Virus record (IMG/VR): IMGVR_UViG_3300017778_000665
Location: 1-26,462 of that record
From: a virus
Lineage: Duplodnaviria; Caudoviricetes
DNA length: 26,462 nucleotides
Strand: one strand, 5' to 3'
Under the pieces are notes generated by a model. It was not told where the DNA came from and made no database searches. It worked only from the letters and a program-made list of their open reading frames with translations. Below, piece by piece: positions 8,617-17,394 of this stretch (within the stretch, counting starts at the first letter, position 1; the number at the start of each line of letters is the position of its first letter). Position numbers and translations under genes: made by a program.

Positions 8617-9534
8617 CTATTTAATCCATTTATCTTTACCACTCATATTCATGAGGAGTCTACCTGGGTGAATGTTTCCTAATCTAATTCTAGTGTTCCT
8701 TAGTATAGCTGTTCTTTCTTTCTTTGCTCTCTGTACCACGTACTCCTGAACACCTAACTTAGATGACAGTATCTGGTACTTTATGTGTGCGTATAGGAAC
8801 TCCTCGGCCATCTTGTTTATGCTCACCTTAGAGTCTTCTCCCTCCTCCATACCATCTGATACGTACTCAAGGATACAAAGCTCTCCAGCCATTCCAGATC
8901 CAAAGTTTATGACCCCAGACTTCTTGTCTATTCTGTATGTAGGGTTTATGTTAGCAGTCTCAGTGTTAAGACCGAAACGAGACCCTATAGGGTAGTCGAA
9001 GTACCACATGCCGTTGTAGTTGAAGCCCTCTCTTCCACTGAATGGACCAGATCCTGGGTACATTGTTCTCTGCTGGTTTGTGATCCTGTCGTTGTCCATT
9101 ATAGAGGTTCCCTCTAGAACATCTCCGTCCTGGTCAAACAGTACCCTACAGTTGTTGTCCTGAAGGTAGCTGTTGCTGTAGTTTGTCTGGATGTTCTCTG
9201 TCAGTGGACGAAGAACACCATCTTTATATAGTGATATCCTTACGTAGTTCACGTAGTTGTCTGGTAGAACAAACTTAAGGTCATCACATATGCTTATCTC
9301 AAGAACCTTTATCTCCTTAAGTGCGTCGTAGTTTACCTCCTGTATCCCTCTCTTTGCGTGGAACAGCACGTTGTATCTAGAGACGTTGTTAATTAACTTG
9401 TCGTTTCCAACATACATCAGCATGAAGTTATTCACTACATCATCCAAAGACGTGTACTGATAGGATCCCCAGTTCTCTCCCTCTGGGTTGTTCCCTTCAT
9501 TCTCATAGTACTGATATCCAGTTAAGTATGCCAT
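8617..9534 (-). CDS. Tail ring/adaptor protein (crAss-like)
   Basis: 305 aa with LPDNYVNYVRIS, yRID...G.I.F and ILEYVSDG motifs of tail-tubular/ring proteins. It lies immediately upstream of the muzzle gene. Confidence 0.6.
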   Translation of the reverse strand: MAYLTGYQYYENEGNNPEGENWGSYQYTSLDDVVNNFMLMYVGNDKLINNVSRYNVLFHAKRGIQEVNYDALKEIKVLEISICDDLKFVLPDNYVNYVRISLYKDGVLRPLTENIQTNYSNSYLQDNNCRVLFDQDGDVLEGTSIMDNDRITNQQRTMYPGSGPFSGREGFNYNGMWYFDYPIGSRFGLNTETANINPTYRIDKKSGVINFGSGMAGELCILEYVSDGMEEGEDSKVSINKMAEEFLYAHIKYQILSSKLGVQEYVVQRAKKERTAILRNTRIRLGNIHPGRLLMNMSGKDKWIK

Positions 9535-9536
9535 TA

Positions 9537-10220
9537 TTATCCCTGTGTTTGTTTGTTATTAGTCTGCTCAACATTACCAAACTGGTACACGTCAGCCTCT
9601 CTTATAGATAGTCCAGCATACATAAGTATCTTAGCAACAAGCAGAGGCTCGTCAGTAAGTGGCAACTCAAAGTCCTGGTAGTCATTGTTCTGGTTAAATA
9701 TAGGGGAACCGTTAACCATTGCATACGTCCACTTAGGGTCCTTTGGAATCCTTATATACTGAGACTTTACATTGGTTATAATTGTGCTTGGATATACAGT
9801 TATATTGTTACCCTCCTGCGTGTATGCTGGATAAAGAGTAGACGGCGATGTTAGGTTTGAAGATAAAAGATTTAATGCCTTATCTTGTGAAACCCTGTCT
9901 ACCTCCTTTGATCCGTACCTAATTGTGTTTATGTAGTAGTAGTCACTAGGAAGTGCAAACTTACTAGATGCATAGGCAAGAGTAGCTGTTGAAGAGAAGC
10001 TGTCTATTACGTCCTCGGCTAATCTTATCATGTCAGCATATCCAGTCCCAGACTGTCTGTTATTCATCTTATTTATCCAGGTATTGTACTGGTAGAAATA
10101 ATCTTCAAATATATCTATCTGTGCCTGCTTTGCAAATAAATTAAAATCATCTGGTGTTATATAGCCAAAATTATTTTTATTTACAGCAGAGAGCACCGTA
10201 TTTCTTACTGAATCTATCAT
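9537..10220 (-). CDS. Tail ring/head-tail adaptor protein (crAssphage gene 74-like position)
   Basis: 227 aa with NK...GYITPDDFNLFAKQAQ, LPSDYY, TVYP, YIRIPKDPKW and DFELP motifs. It is the second gene after the MCP. Confidence 0.65.
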   Translation of the reverse strand: MIDSVRNTVLSAVNKNNFGYITPDDFNLFAKQAQIDIFEDYFYQYNTWINKMNNRQSGTGYADMIRLAEDVIDSFSSTATLAYASSKFALPSDYYYINTIRYGSKEVDRVSQDKALNLLSSNLTSPSTLYPAYTQEGNNITVYPSTIITNVKSQYIRIPKDPKWTYAMVNGSPIFNQNNDYQDFELPLTDEPLLVAKILMYAGLSIREADVYQFGNVEQTNNKQTQG

Positions 10221-10235
10221 GCTAAAAACTTTTTA

Positions 10236-10243
10236 CAAAGATA
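10236..10243 (-). promoter_or_regulatory. Bacteroidota-type -7 promoter box (TATCTTTG)
   Basis: TAnnTTTG 15 nt upstream of the ATG at 10220 and directly after a terminator U-tract. Confidence 0.65.
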
Positions 10244-10245
10244 GC

Positions 10246-10276
10246 AAAAAAAAACACCCCTTATTTTGGAGTGTTT
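10246..10276 (-). terminator. Intrinsic terminator after 10285..11025
   Basis: Minus strand AAACACTCC-AAAATAA-GGGGTGTTT forms a 9-bp stem with one G:U pair and runs into a 9-T tract. Confidence 0.65.
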
Positions 10277-10284
10277 AGTTTGAA

Positions 10285-11025
10285 TTACTTGATGTTATTT
10301 TCTAGTAACTTTAAGACCTCAATCCCTTCGTCTGTCTGAAGGTATGATGCCAGTATGTAGTTCTTATCCTCTCCGTATGGAACGGTAAGTATCTTCTTCT
10401 TGTTTTGTGGTAAGTTAAAGTAGATGTCTCTGTCCTTATTCTTCATAACAATTATATTGTACTCAAAGAACTTAGCGCAGGTATTCTGTAACTTTAACAT
10501 TGGGTCGTTGAGCATACTTAAGAAGTCTGATGGGTACGACCTTGCATAAACAAACACGTCCCTCTTAAGCTCTGCTGTAGACATCTTCTCAATATTAGCC
10601 CCTAATAAAACTCTGGCCACTGCCTCTAGCATCTCAACATTTAAGTCTCTAGCTGCTATCTGAGCGTCTAGTTCTGCATTAAAGTATTCGATATCGCTTG
10701 TAGCATCTTTCTCATTATTAACCTCCTCAAACACTTGTCCATATCCAGGATGTAGTGATAAGAAGTACTGTAGTACAGGATTTGTTTTAGGAACAATTAG
10801 TGCCCCATCAACAAAGACAATTGGCTCTAGTATAGAGTTTCCGTCCTGTTCTTCTTCGAATGGTGTCTTCTGGTTTATAGCATATCGTAATGCCCTGTTT
10901 GATGTTCCATCGAAGTGAAGTAGAGGTGCTCTACGTGTATTCCTTGATGACAACATGTAAGTAAGTGGAGTTGAGTCTCCCTTTAGAATGTAGATCTTAT
11001 CTACTGGTACTGCTTGATTTTTCAT
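10285..11025 (-). CDS. Conserved crAss-like virion protein (gene immediately after MCP; gene 75-like position)
   Basis: 246 aa with R.LRYA.NQKTPF, PIVF.DG.L.V, LQ.FL.LHP motifs. Assignment rests mainly on synteny. Confidence 0.55.
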   Translation of the reverse strand: MKNQAVPVDKIYILKGDSTPLTYMLSSRNTRRAPLLHFDGTSNRALRYAINQKTPFEEEQDGNSILEPIVFVDGALIVPKTNPVLQYFLSLHPGYGQVFEEVNNEKDATSDIEYFNAELDAQIAARDLNVEMLEAVARVLLGANIEKMSTAELKRDVFVYARSYPSDFLSMLNDPMLKLQNTCAKFFEYNIIVMKNKDRDIYFNLPQNKKKILTVPYGEDKNYILASYLQTDEGIEVLKLLENNIK

Positions 11026-11044
11026 TTGATGTGATTTAATTTAT

Positions 11045-11073
11045 TAAAAAGAATGCGGCGATTACCGCCGCAT
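11045..11073 (-). terminator. Intrinsic terminator after major capsid gene
   Basis: Perfect 8-bp GC-rich stem ATGCGGCG/CGCCGCAT (11053-11060 and 11066-11073) with a 5-nt loop, followed by TCTTTTT on the minus strand, 15 nt after the MCP stop. Confidence 0.85.
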
Positions 11074-11088
11074 CCCTAACTATTTATT

Positions 11089-12519
11089 CTAGTTTGTGAA
11101 CAAGAAGAAGTTATTAGCTCCTAATGTACATAAAGCTCTCTCAGATAAGAAGTAAACCTCCATTGCATCTAAGCTAGAGTTTTGTGCTCCACCTGCAGAA
11201 CCTGTGATCCAAGTCTTGTAACGTCTGTCTTCTGTCTCAGAAGCTCTGTAACGTACGTGTAAGAATGGACGTTTAGCGTTTTTACCAAGAACCTGATCGT
11301 ATACTGTAGTAGATCCAGCTGGAACTAATACACCATTGATAGCACCACCAACAATACCACCTCTTAATGAAGCGTCGTTCAAGTACTTCCAGTCAGTCTT
11401 GTAGAAGTCATAACCTCTACGGAAACCTGTGAACCCTAAGTTCAATGCCATCTCCTTGTCGTTATCAAACAAACCGTAAGATGTACCACCTGCTCCGTAA
11501 GAGTTCTGAGCTGCTAACATATCGTCAATGTCGAAAGAGAACTGACGGTTGATGAACAATACATTCTCCTCGATAGCACCTTGCTTGTCAAGTCTTGTGA
11601 TGATAGAGTCAAAGTCAGACAATGCGGTTGGGTTACCACCACTGAATACGTTACCTCTATTTCCAATAACGTAGAACATACCCTCAGATCCTTTGTTTCC
11701 TACAGATCCAGTAGTAGCAATAGCTCCAGAAGCTGTCTCAGCAGGAACTGCCTCGATCATAGACATCTCTAAGTAGTCCTCGAAACGTAGACGAGTCTCG
11801 TGCTCTGATTTGATGTACCACAAGAAACCTGTAGCACCGTTCTCAGTTGTAACCTCAATCCATCCAATCTGTGCCATGTCAGATCCAGTAACAGCGTACT
11901 TCTCTTTGATAATGATTGGGCTGTTAGAGAAGATAGAGTCAGAAGCCTCAACAGACTCTGTAACTCCAGAAGTTCCTTTTCTAAACTCAGAACCGTAAAC
12001 AAAACAGCTTACAGTATCTGTAGCTGCAAATGTTTGACCTGCAGCTGCATAGTATGCAACATCAAATGTGTTTGCAGAAGAAGACACAGCTGTGATGATA
12101 CCCTTGTTAGATTTAACAGAGGCAGCTGTATTGTCAGAAATCAATACCGTTTGTCCAACTTTAAATGCAATTCTAGAAGTACCAGATTGGTTAGAAGATG
12201 GGATCAATGTGTCAGAAACTGTGATTGTTGCAGTATCAGCTCCAGCTGCTGCTCCAGAGGCACAGTTTACGTACTTAGTGTGTAGACGCCCTTGTTCAGC
12301 CCACTTGATAAGGTCTGATGTAGATGGCATCTCAGCTCCAACAGCTCTTAAGAAAGATGCTACTGAGCGATTTCCATATCGTTCGAACTCTTTCTCGTAA
12401 GTATCAGGAAGATACTGGTTCAAGAAGTTGAAGTCCGTGATGTAATTTGTTGCAAGAGTTTGTCTCGTTGCGCTTGGTTGTAATGCGAACCCTGGGGTAC
12501 TTGCTACTTGTGCTGGCAT
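11089..12519 (-). CDS. Major capsid protein (HK97 fold, crAss-like)
   Basis: 476 aa with QYLPD.YEKEFERYGNR, IKWAEQGRLH, YGSEF.KG, GFRRGYDFYKTDWKYLND and FLSER.LC..GANNF motifs. It shows strongly biased codons and is followed by a terminator. Confidence 0.9.
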   Translation of the reverse strand: MPAQVASTPGFALQPSATRQTLATNYITDFNFLNQYLPDTYEKEFERYGNRSVASFLRAVGAEMPSTSDLIKWAEQGRLHTKYVNCASGAAAGADTATITVSDTLIPSSNQSGTSRIAFKVGQTVLISDNTAASVKSNKGIITAVSSSANTFDVAYYAAAGQTFAATDTVSCFVYGSEFRKGTSGVTESVEASDSIFSNSPIIIKEKYAVTGSDMAQIGWIEVTTENGATGFLWYIKSEHETRLRFEDYLEMSMIEAVPAETASGAIATTGSVGNKGSEGMFYVIGNRGNVFSGGNPTALSDFDSIITRLDKQGAIEENVLFINRQFSFDIDDMLAAQNSYGAGGTSYGLFDNDKEMALNLGFTGFRRGYDFYKTDWKYLNDASLRGGIVGGAINGVLVPAGSTTVYDQVLGKNAKRPFLHVRYRASETEDRRYKTWITGSAGGAQNSSLDAMEVYFLSERALCTLGANNFFLFTN

Positions 12520-12530
12520 GTTTTTGTGTT

Positions 12531-13610
12531 TTAAATGTTTCTATTACTTTTTATTTTTAGTCCTCTTCCGCTGTCACTTTCAGTAGCTACAACTTTAAAT
12601 CCAGACTGGCTGATTGATTGTGGTACGTTTCTAGTATCCATATCAATGTTCTTAATTTTTCTTGCATTATCTAATAACGCCTCAGCCTTGCCCTGTTCGT
12701 AAAAGAACGTGGCCATCTTCTCTGGGTTCATAGCAGCTGCTAATGATCTGTGGTAACCAACAGGATCAGATATCATTCCATTTGCATCTATATACTTAGA
12801 TATAAAGTTTGAAACATCTGACTGAATTTTCTTAGTCTCCTTAACATCTCCAGGTGAAAACTTAACTGTCTTATCTCCTATAACGAAATCAAAACCTTTG
12901 AAATCATCAGAGAAAAGCTCCTCCGTCTTCTTTTGAAAATACTCAGATTTTCTGTAATTTTCTTCTTGTTGACTCTGCGAATCTTGAACGTATTTCTTGT
13001 AGGCGTTGTAAGTCTCCTTCTCATCTTCAGAGACAAGACCTCCAGCTGACTCAACTGGTATCTTATATGCCTCCTTTGAATCCTCAAAGTACTTCTTAGC
13101 CTTGGCAAGCTCTTTCTTCTTGGCGAGTTCCTTCTTCTTTATATCCTTTGGATCGTCTAAATCCTCGTCATACGAGAACTTGTCTTCAATCATATAAGCG
13201 ATATCCTCAGAGTCCAGATCTTCATCTGTCTGTGAGTAGTACTCTGCCAACAATGAGTCTGAATCCATTGAGCTGTAGTCCCTGTTTAACTTAACAAAGT
13301 CTTCTATCCCACGTCCAGTCTCTTTCTTATATTTGAAGTATGCAGACACGTCGCCTGGCAACTCCTCTGCTTCCTCCCTCTTTTGAAATAACTCATCAAT
13401 TGATGTTACCTCCTTATTGTATCTGTTCTTAATGTACGAGAGTACATCCTCATCCTTTAGTCCTACCTCTTCAACTTGTTCAGTTGTAATAATCGGCTCC
13501 TCTTTCTCCTGACTAAACTTTTCCTTGTGTTGATCTAACAACTGTTGCTCTACCTCTTGAATAGACTTTTGCTCAGAGACTCCTAGGTCTCTAACTGTGA
13601 AATTTTCCAT
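12531..13610 (-). CDS. Scaffolding-like protein (crAssphage gene 77-like position)
   Basis: 359 aa, highly acidic and helical, immediately upstream of the MCP. Contains KETGRGIEDF and FFYEQGKA motifs. Confidence 0.65.
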   Translation of the reverse strand: MENFTVRDLGVSEQKSIQEVEQQLLDQHKEKFSQEKEEPIITTEQVEEVGLKDEDVLSYIKNRYNKEVTSIDELFQKREEAEELPGDVSAYFKYKKETGRGIEDFVKLNRDYSSMDSDSLLAEYYSQTDEDLDSEDIAYMIEDKFSYDEDLDDPKDIKKKELAKKKELAKAKKYFEDSKEAYKIPVESAGGLVSEDEKETYNAYKKYVQDSQSQQEENYRKSEYFQKKTEELFSDDFKGFDFVIGDKTVKFSPGDVKETKKIQSDVSNFISKYIDANGMISDPVGYHRSLAAAMNPEKMATFFYEQGKAEALLDNARKIKNIDMDTRNVPQSISQSGFKVVATESDSGRGLKIKSNRNI

Positions 13611-13626
13611 TTGATTTGATTTTTAA

Positions 13627-14931
13627 TTAATTGTAAACTTGTATTCTTACAGGTAAATCAGTAAATGATGTTGGAAATGTATTGTTAGTTCCATTTGTAT
13701 TTGTAAGAGATATTGTAGCTATATTATTAGATGCTCTATTTCCTGCGCTTAAATATCCACCAAATTCAACAAAAGAACCAGCCCATACTATTGTCTTACC
13801 CGAAGTCAAAACACTTGATGATAATGTGCAATATAAAGTACCACTTATAACTGAAAATGTAATTGTAACACCTAACTCATTAATAACATTAGTGTATGTA
13901 AAATCTGTTCCGTCATAGGACAACAATATAACTGTTTCGTTAGATGTTTTCAAAGCAACAGTTCCATCAGCATCTGGAAGACTTTGAATTCTATTTGCAG
14001 AAACAGAAGTAGGTAGTTGTAGCGTTATTGTTTTTAAACCTCCGCTATTTTTACCAAATCTTACATTATTTGTATTTACAACAACTGAATCTGAATTAAC
14101 TGTATTTTGAACAGATATATTTGATCCATTTATAGTAGAATTTGAAATATTTGTTCTAGCGGCAGAACCAGGCATTATAGTTCTGGATATAGTATTAACT
14201 TTCCATAAACCACTACCTAAACTAATAAAAACATAAGATTCGCTAGAAAAAATTGTAAAAGGTCCTGTTTGTTGATTTGCAGAACCCATCAAGAATGGAA
14301 ATGGTAAATTTAATACTATATCACCAAATATAGTTAATTGATTAGTTCCAACTTCTAAAAACACACTTATTTCTTTACCTATTGGAGCAGAAGCTGGTAA
14401 ATATACCCCACTAAACCCTGTTCCGCCTAAATTAATTCTATTTATATCATAACTAAGCGTTTGGTATGGTGAATCACTTGGATCAAGATACATTATACCA
14501 TTAGTTTTTGTAGCCGCTCCACCAGCTGCTCCCTGAGCACCAGTAGGTCCCTGCACTCCTTGAACACCTTGTGCTCCTTGAGAGGCTAACAGTGCCCAGT
14601 TTGTTGTAGCTAGGTTTGGAGTTGTAGTTCCAGAAGTTGCTAGTATACAGAAGTAAGACGCTCCGTTGTATCCTACAGCATCATCTGCAACATAAGAAGT
14701 TCCCGAAACCCATGCACCTTGCCAGTTTAATCCAGCAGGTCCGACTGGTCCTAGAGGTCCAGCAGGTCCTTGAACTCCTTGTGGTCCCTGTGATCCAACA
14801 CCAACTGTGTCTGCTAAGTCTTGAATGGTATAAGCCTGTGTGTCTGAATTTAACACTGCTGACTTTCTTTCTGTAAGGTTAACATTTTCTGCTATACCTA
14901 TAAATCTTGTTCCTGATGGTACTGTACTCAT
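13627..14931 (-). CDS. Collagen-like fibre protein with a CBM5/12-like aromatic module
   Basis: 434 aa. Two Gly-X-Y tracts flank W.GAW..GTSY..DDAV.YNGASY.C.....P.....W. The C-terminus is beta-rich and contains the fibre motif LPDADGTVAL. Confidence 0.7.
   Translation of the reverse strand: MSTVPSGTRFIGIAENVNLTERKSAVLNSDTQAYTIQDLADTVGVGSQGPQGVQGPAGPLGPVGPAGLNWQGAWVSGTSYVADDAVGYNGASYFCILATSGTTTPNLATTNWALLASQGAQGVQGVQGPTGAQGAAGGAATKTNGIMYLDPSDSPYQTLSYDINRINLGGTGFSGVYLPASAPIGKEISVFLEVGTNQLTIFGDIVLNLPFPFLMGSANQQTGPFTIFSSESYVFISLGSGLWKVNTISRTIMPGSAARTNISNSTINGSNISVQNTVNSDSVVVNTNNVRFGKNSGGLKTITLQLPTSVSANRIQSLPDADGTVALKTSNETVILLSYDGTDFTYTNVINELGVTITFSVISGTLYCTLSSSVLTSGKTIVWAGSFVEFGGYLSAGNRASNNIATISLTNTNGTNNTFPTSFTDLPVRIQVYN
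14521..14796 (-). repeat. Collagen Gly-X-Y repeats
   Basis: 7 triplets at 14731-14796 (GSQGPQGVQGPAGPLGPVGPAG) and 6 triplets at 14521-14577 (GAQGVQGVQGPTGAQGAAG). Confidence 0.9.
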
Positions 14932-14945
14932 TTTTATTTTTTTTG

Positions 14946-14953
14946 CAAAGTTA
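14946..14953 (-). promoter_or_regulatory. Bacteroidota-type -7 promoter box (TAACTTTG)
   Basis: In the portal/collagen-gene gap, with a TTTG at 14970-14973 upstream. The context matches 21935..21961 at 25 of 27 nt. Confidence 0.7.
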
Positions 14954-14958
14954 GTTAT

Positions 14959-17394
14959 TTATCTTGGTTCAAATTCAGCCATATCGAATCCGTCCAAGCT
15001 ATCCTCATTCGACTCAAAGTTTACTGGTGGAAGGTTATTCTTACGCTGGTCAATTAACTTTGATTGCTGTGTATTCTGTATGCTTATTCTCTTGTCCTTA
15101 GCCTTTTCTTTAAGAGTGTCCTTCTGACTCATCTGCTCTGTCTCAACACCCTTTAGCTGCATGTTTAGATCAAACTCCATCCTCATTAACTCCATCTTAA
15201 GCTGTGCCTCCTGTTTTAGTTTCTCAATATCAAAACCAACCTCTGCCTGCTTGATCTGCATCTTGGACTGTGTCTCTGCCTGTATAGCCTGTAACGCGTT
15301 CTGAGCTGCTGCCTGCTGTGACTGCTGCTGAATCTTGCCCTGCATCTCCTGCTGGGCCTGTTGGTTCTTCTGAATGGTCTCCTCCTTCTTCTTTCTCTGA
15401 AGTTTAAGGTACTGGTTAGCCAGCTTGAGGTTTCTGATCTCTCTGATGTCTATCGCATCCTCTAGATATATAGCATCCCTAGACAGAGCCATCTGAATGT
15501 TAGCCTCTAGCTGAGCCTTCTCCTCCTCGTCTGGTGCAACCTCTATAAATATACCAAAGTCATATATATAGAGATCTTTAATGTCTTCAAGTATACTCAC
15601 GTTGTACTTACCAATCTGTAGAATAAACTCATCCTTAAAGTCTGAGTACTCTAGTATGTCAGCAACCCTATACGATATAGCCTCTGACAGTGTTTTAGTT
15701 ATGTACAAGCTAGACTCTAGTATGTGTCTTGTAGCTGTGTTCGAGTTAAGTGCCGCTAGTTTCTGTACTCCAACCAAAGAGTTTGGATCTGGCATAGAGC
15801 CGTCACGTGCCTCGTTAAGACCAGTCACATCCCTAATCATTCCTAGGTAGTGGTTGTAGCTTCCTACAAGGCTAGATATCTTGGCCTGTCCACTGTTAGA
15901 GTTAAGCTCCTGTATTGGAACCCTTGCGTTGTTGAACTCACCATCTCCAGTGTAGCTCCTACCGATAACACTACCAGTCTGGAAGTACAGTCTGAGCGCG
16001 TCCTCTGGTGTGTATGCCGATCCAGTTCCGAGGTCTACCTCGTTTATACCGTCTGCGTCAATGAATACACCGTCAGGAACAACCTTAGATATAACCTGCT
16101 GCAGCTTTAGGTGTACAACCTGTATAAGGTCAGCAAATGGTATCATCCTCTTAACTAGTGACTCTATAGATCCCTTGTACATCCTTGGTGCTACAGCCAC
16201 GTAATTAGGTATTGCATACTGAGATGCAGACTTAGGTCTGACCATGTTGCGAGACAGCTCCCACTTAAGCATTATGTTAGTTCCCATAACCATAACACCA
16301 TCGTACCAAACGTCTATAGTCTTCTCAATCTTTTCAAAGTTACCCTCGTCCATCATCTCCTGTGGAGGATTGAACGTGTCTTCCTTGTCAATTATCTTAA
16401 AGTTTCCGTTATCAAGGTTCTTCTTCTTGTATACTATCTTCTTGGTTGTCTTATAGTTAAAATATAACAGTGTAGCAGAGTCCTTACTAAAGAGGCTGTT
16501 GTTATAAAACTGGGATGAATTATTATAGTTGTACCAAGACTGACTATACTTAGAAATCTCTTCAAGTTGTTCATTAGTTAAGGTAGTGTCTATCTTTACA
16601 AGCTCTGTTATTGGAACTGTCTTGATCTCTCCCCAGTAGAAGCAGTCCTTAAAGTTTGGATCCTCTGTGTAGCTGTATACTATGTTTGCTGGGTCTACGT
16701 ACTCAATCTTAACCCCTGCTCCTGGAAGGAACATGTGCTTTGCAACACCAATTCCTAGCGTGGCAATGTCGTAGTCTATTCTTTTTCTTGTCTCGTTGTA
16801 CTTATTCTGATCTAGAATCGTGTTGATGGCCTCCTCCTCAGCAATCTCTATCGCTGGCTTGTACTTAAGCTCCATGTACAGAGCAAGCTCCTCGTCATTC
16901 TCTGGAAGCTCCTCTGGGTTTGTATCAAACGCGTCAACGCCTAGGTTGTTCTTAATGTCTGTAAGGATATCCTTTGACAGCATGTCTGCCTGAATCATGT
17001 CCTGATACTTGGTCTTCTTCTGTAGTGATATCGAGTCCTGTGCGTATGCCTTAACCTTGAACAGTCTGTCATTCATTCCGTTAACAACAACGTCAACAAA
17101 CTTTGGTATGATAGGAACTGGAGTCCAGTCCAGGTTCAGGTGACTAAGGTCACCGTCAACAGCCATCTCGTTCTTGTACTTGGCCACCGACTGCTCTCCC
17201 CTTGCGTATAGTCTTAATCTATGGAAGTCTCCCCACTGATTATAAAATCTTGAGTTAGTGTTATCCTTTCTAAACCACTCATATTGAATGGATTGCCCAA
17301 TCTGTAGTCCATACTCATATGTCTCCTTTTCTCTATCTGACGCAAACTGGTCAGGAAAGCTGGCAGGATTTATTTTAATAGTTACTTCCTTCAT
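14959..17394 (-). CDS. Portal protein
   Basis: 811 aa directly after TerL (ATGA overlap), with PVPIIPKFVDVVVNG, IRDVTGLNEARDG and DFGIFIE..PDEEEK motifs and a Gln-rich coiled-coil C-terminal barrel. Confidence 0.9.
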   Translation of the reverse strand: MKEVTIKINPASFPDQFASDREKETYEYGLQIGQSIQYEWFRKDNTNSRFYNQWGDFHRLRLYARGEQSVAKYKNEMAVDGDLSHLNLDWTPVPIIPKFVDVVVNGMNDRLFKVKAYAQDSISLQKKTKYQDMIQADMLSKDILTDIKNNLGVDAFDTNPEELPENDEELALYMELKYKPAIEIAEEEAINTILDQNKYNETRKRIDYDIATLGIGVAKHMFLPGAGVKIEYVDPANIVYSYTEDPNFKDCFYWGEIKTVPITELVKIDTTLTNEQLEEISKYSQSWYNYNNSSQFYNNSLFSKDSATLLYFNYKTTKKIVYKKKNLDNGNFKIIDKEDTFNPPQEMMDEGNFEKIEKTIDVWYDGVMVMGTNIMLKWELSRNMVRPKSASQYAIPNYVAVAPRMYKGSIESLVKRMIPFADLIQVVHLKLQQVISKVVPDGVFIDADGINEVDLGTGSAYTPEDALRLYFQTGSVIGRSYTGDGEFNNARVPIQELNSNSGQAKISSLVGSYNHYLGMIRDVTGLNEARDGSMPDPNSLVGVQKLAALNSNTATRHILESSLYITKTLSEAISYRVADILEYSDFKDEFILQIGKYNVSILEDIKDLYIYDFGIFIEVAPDEEEKAQLEANIQMALSRDAIYLEDAIDIREIRNLKLANQYLKLQRKKKEETIQKNQQAQQEMQGKIQQQSQQAAAQNALQAIQAETQSKMQIKQAEVGFDIEKLKQEAQLKMELMRMEFDLNMQLKGVETEQMSQKDTLKEKAKDKRISIQNTQQSKLIDQRKNNLPPVNFESNEDSLDGFDMAEFEPR

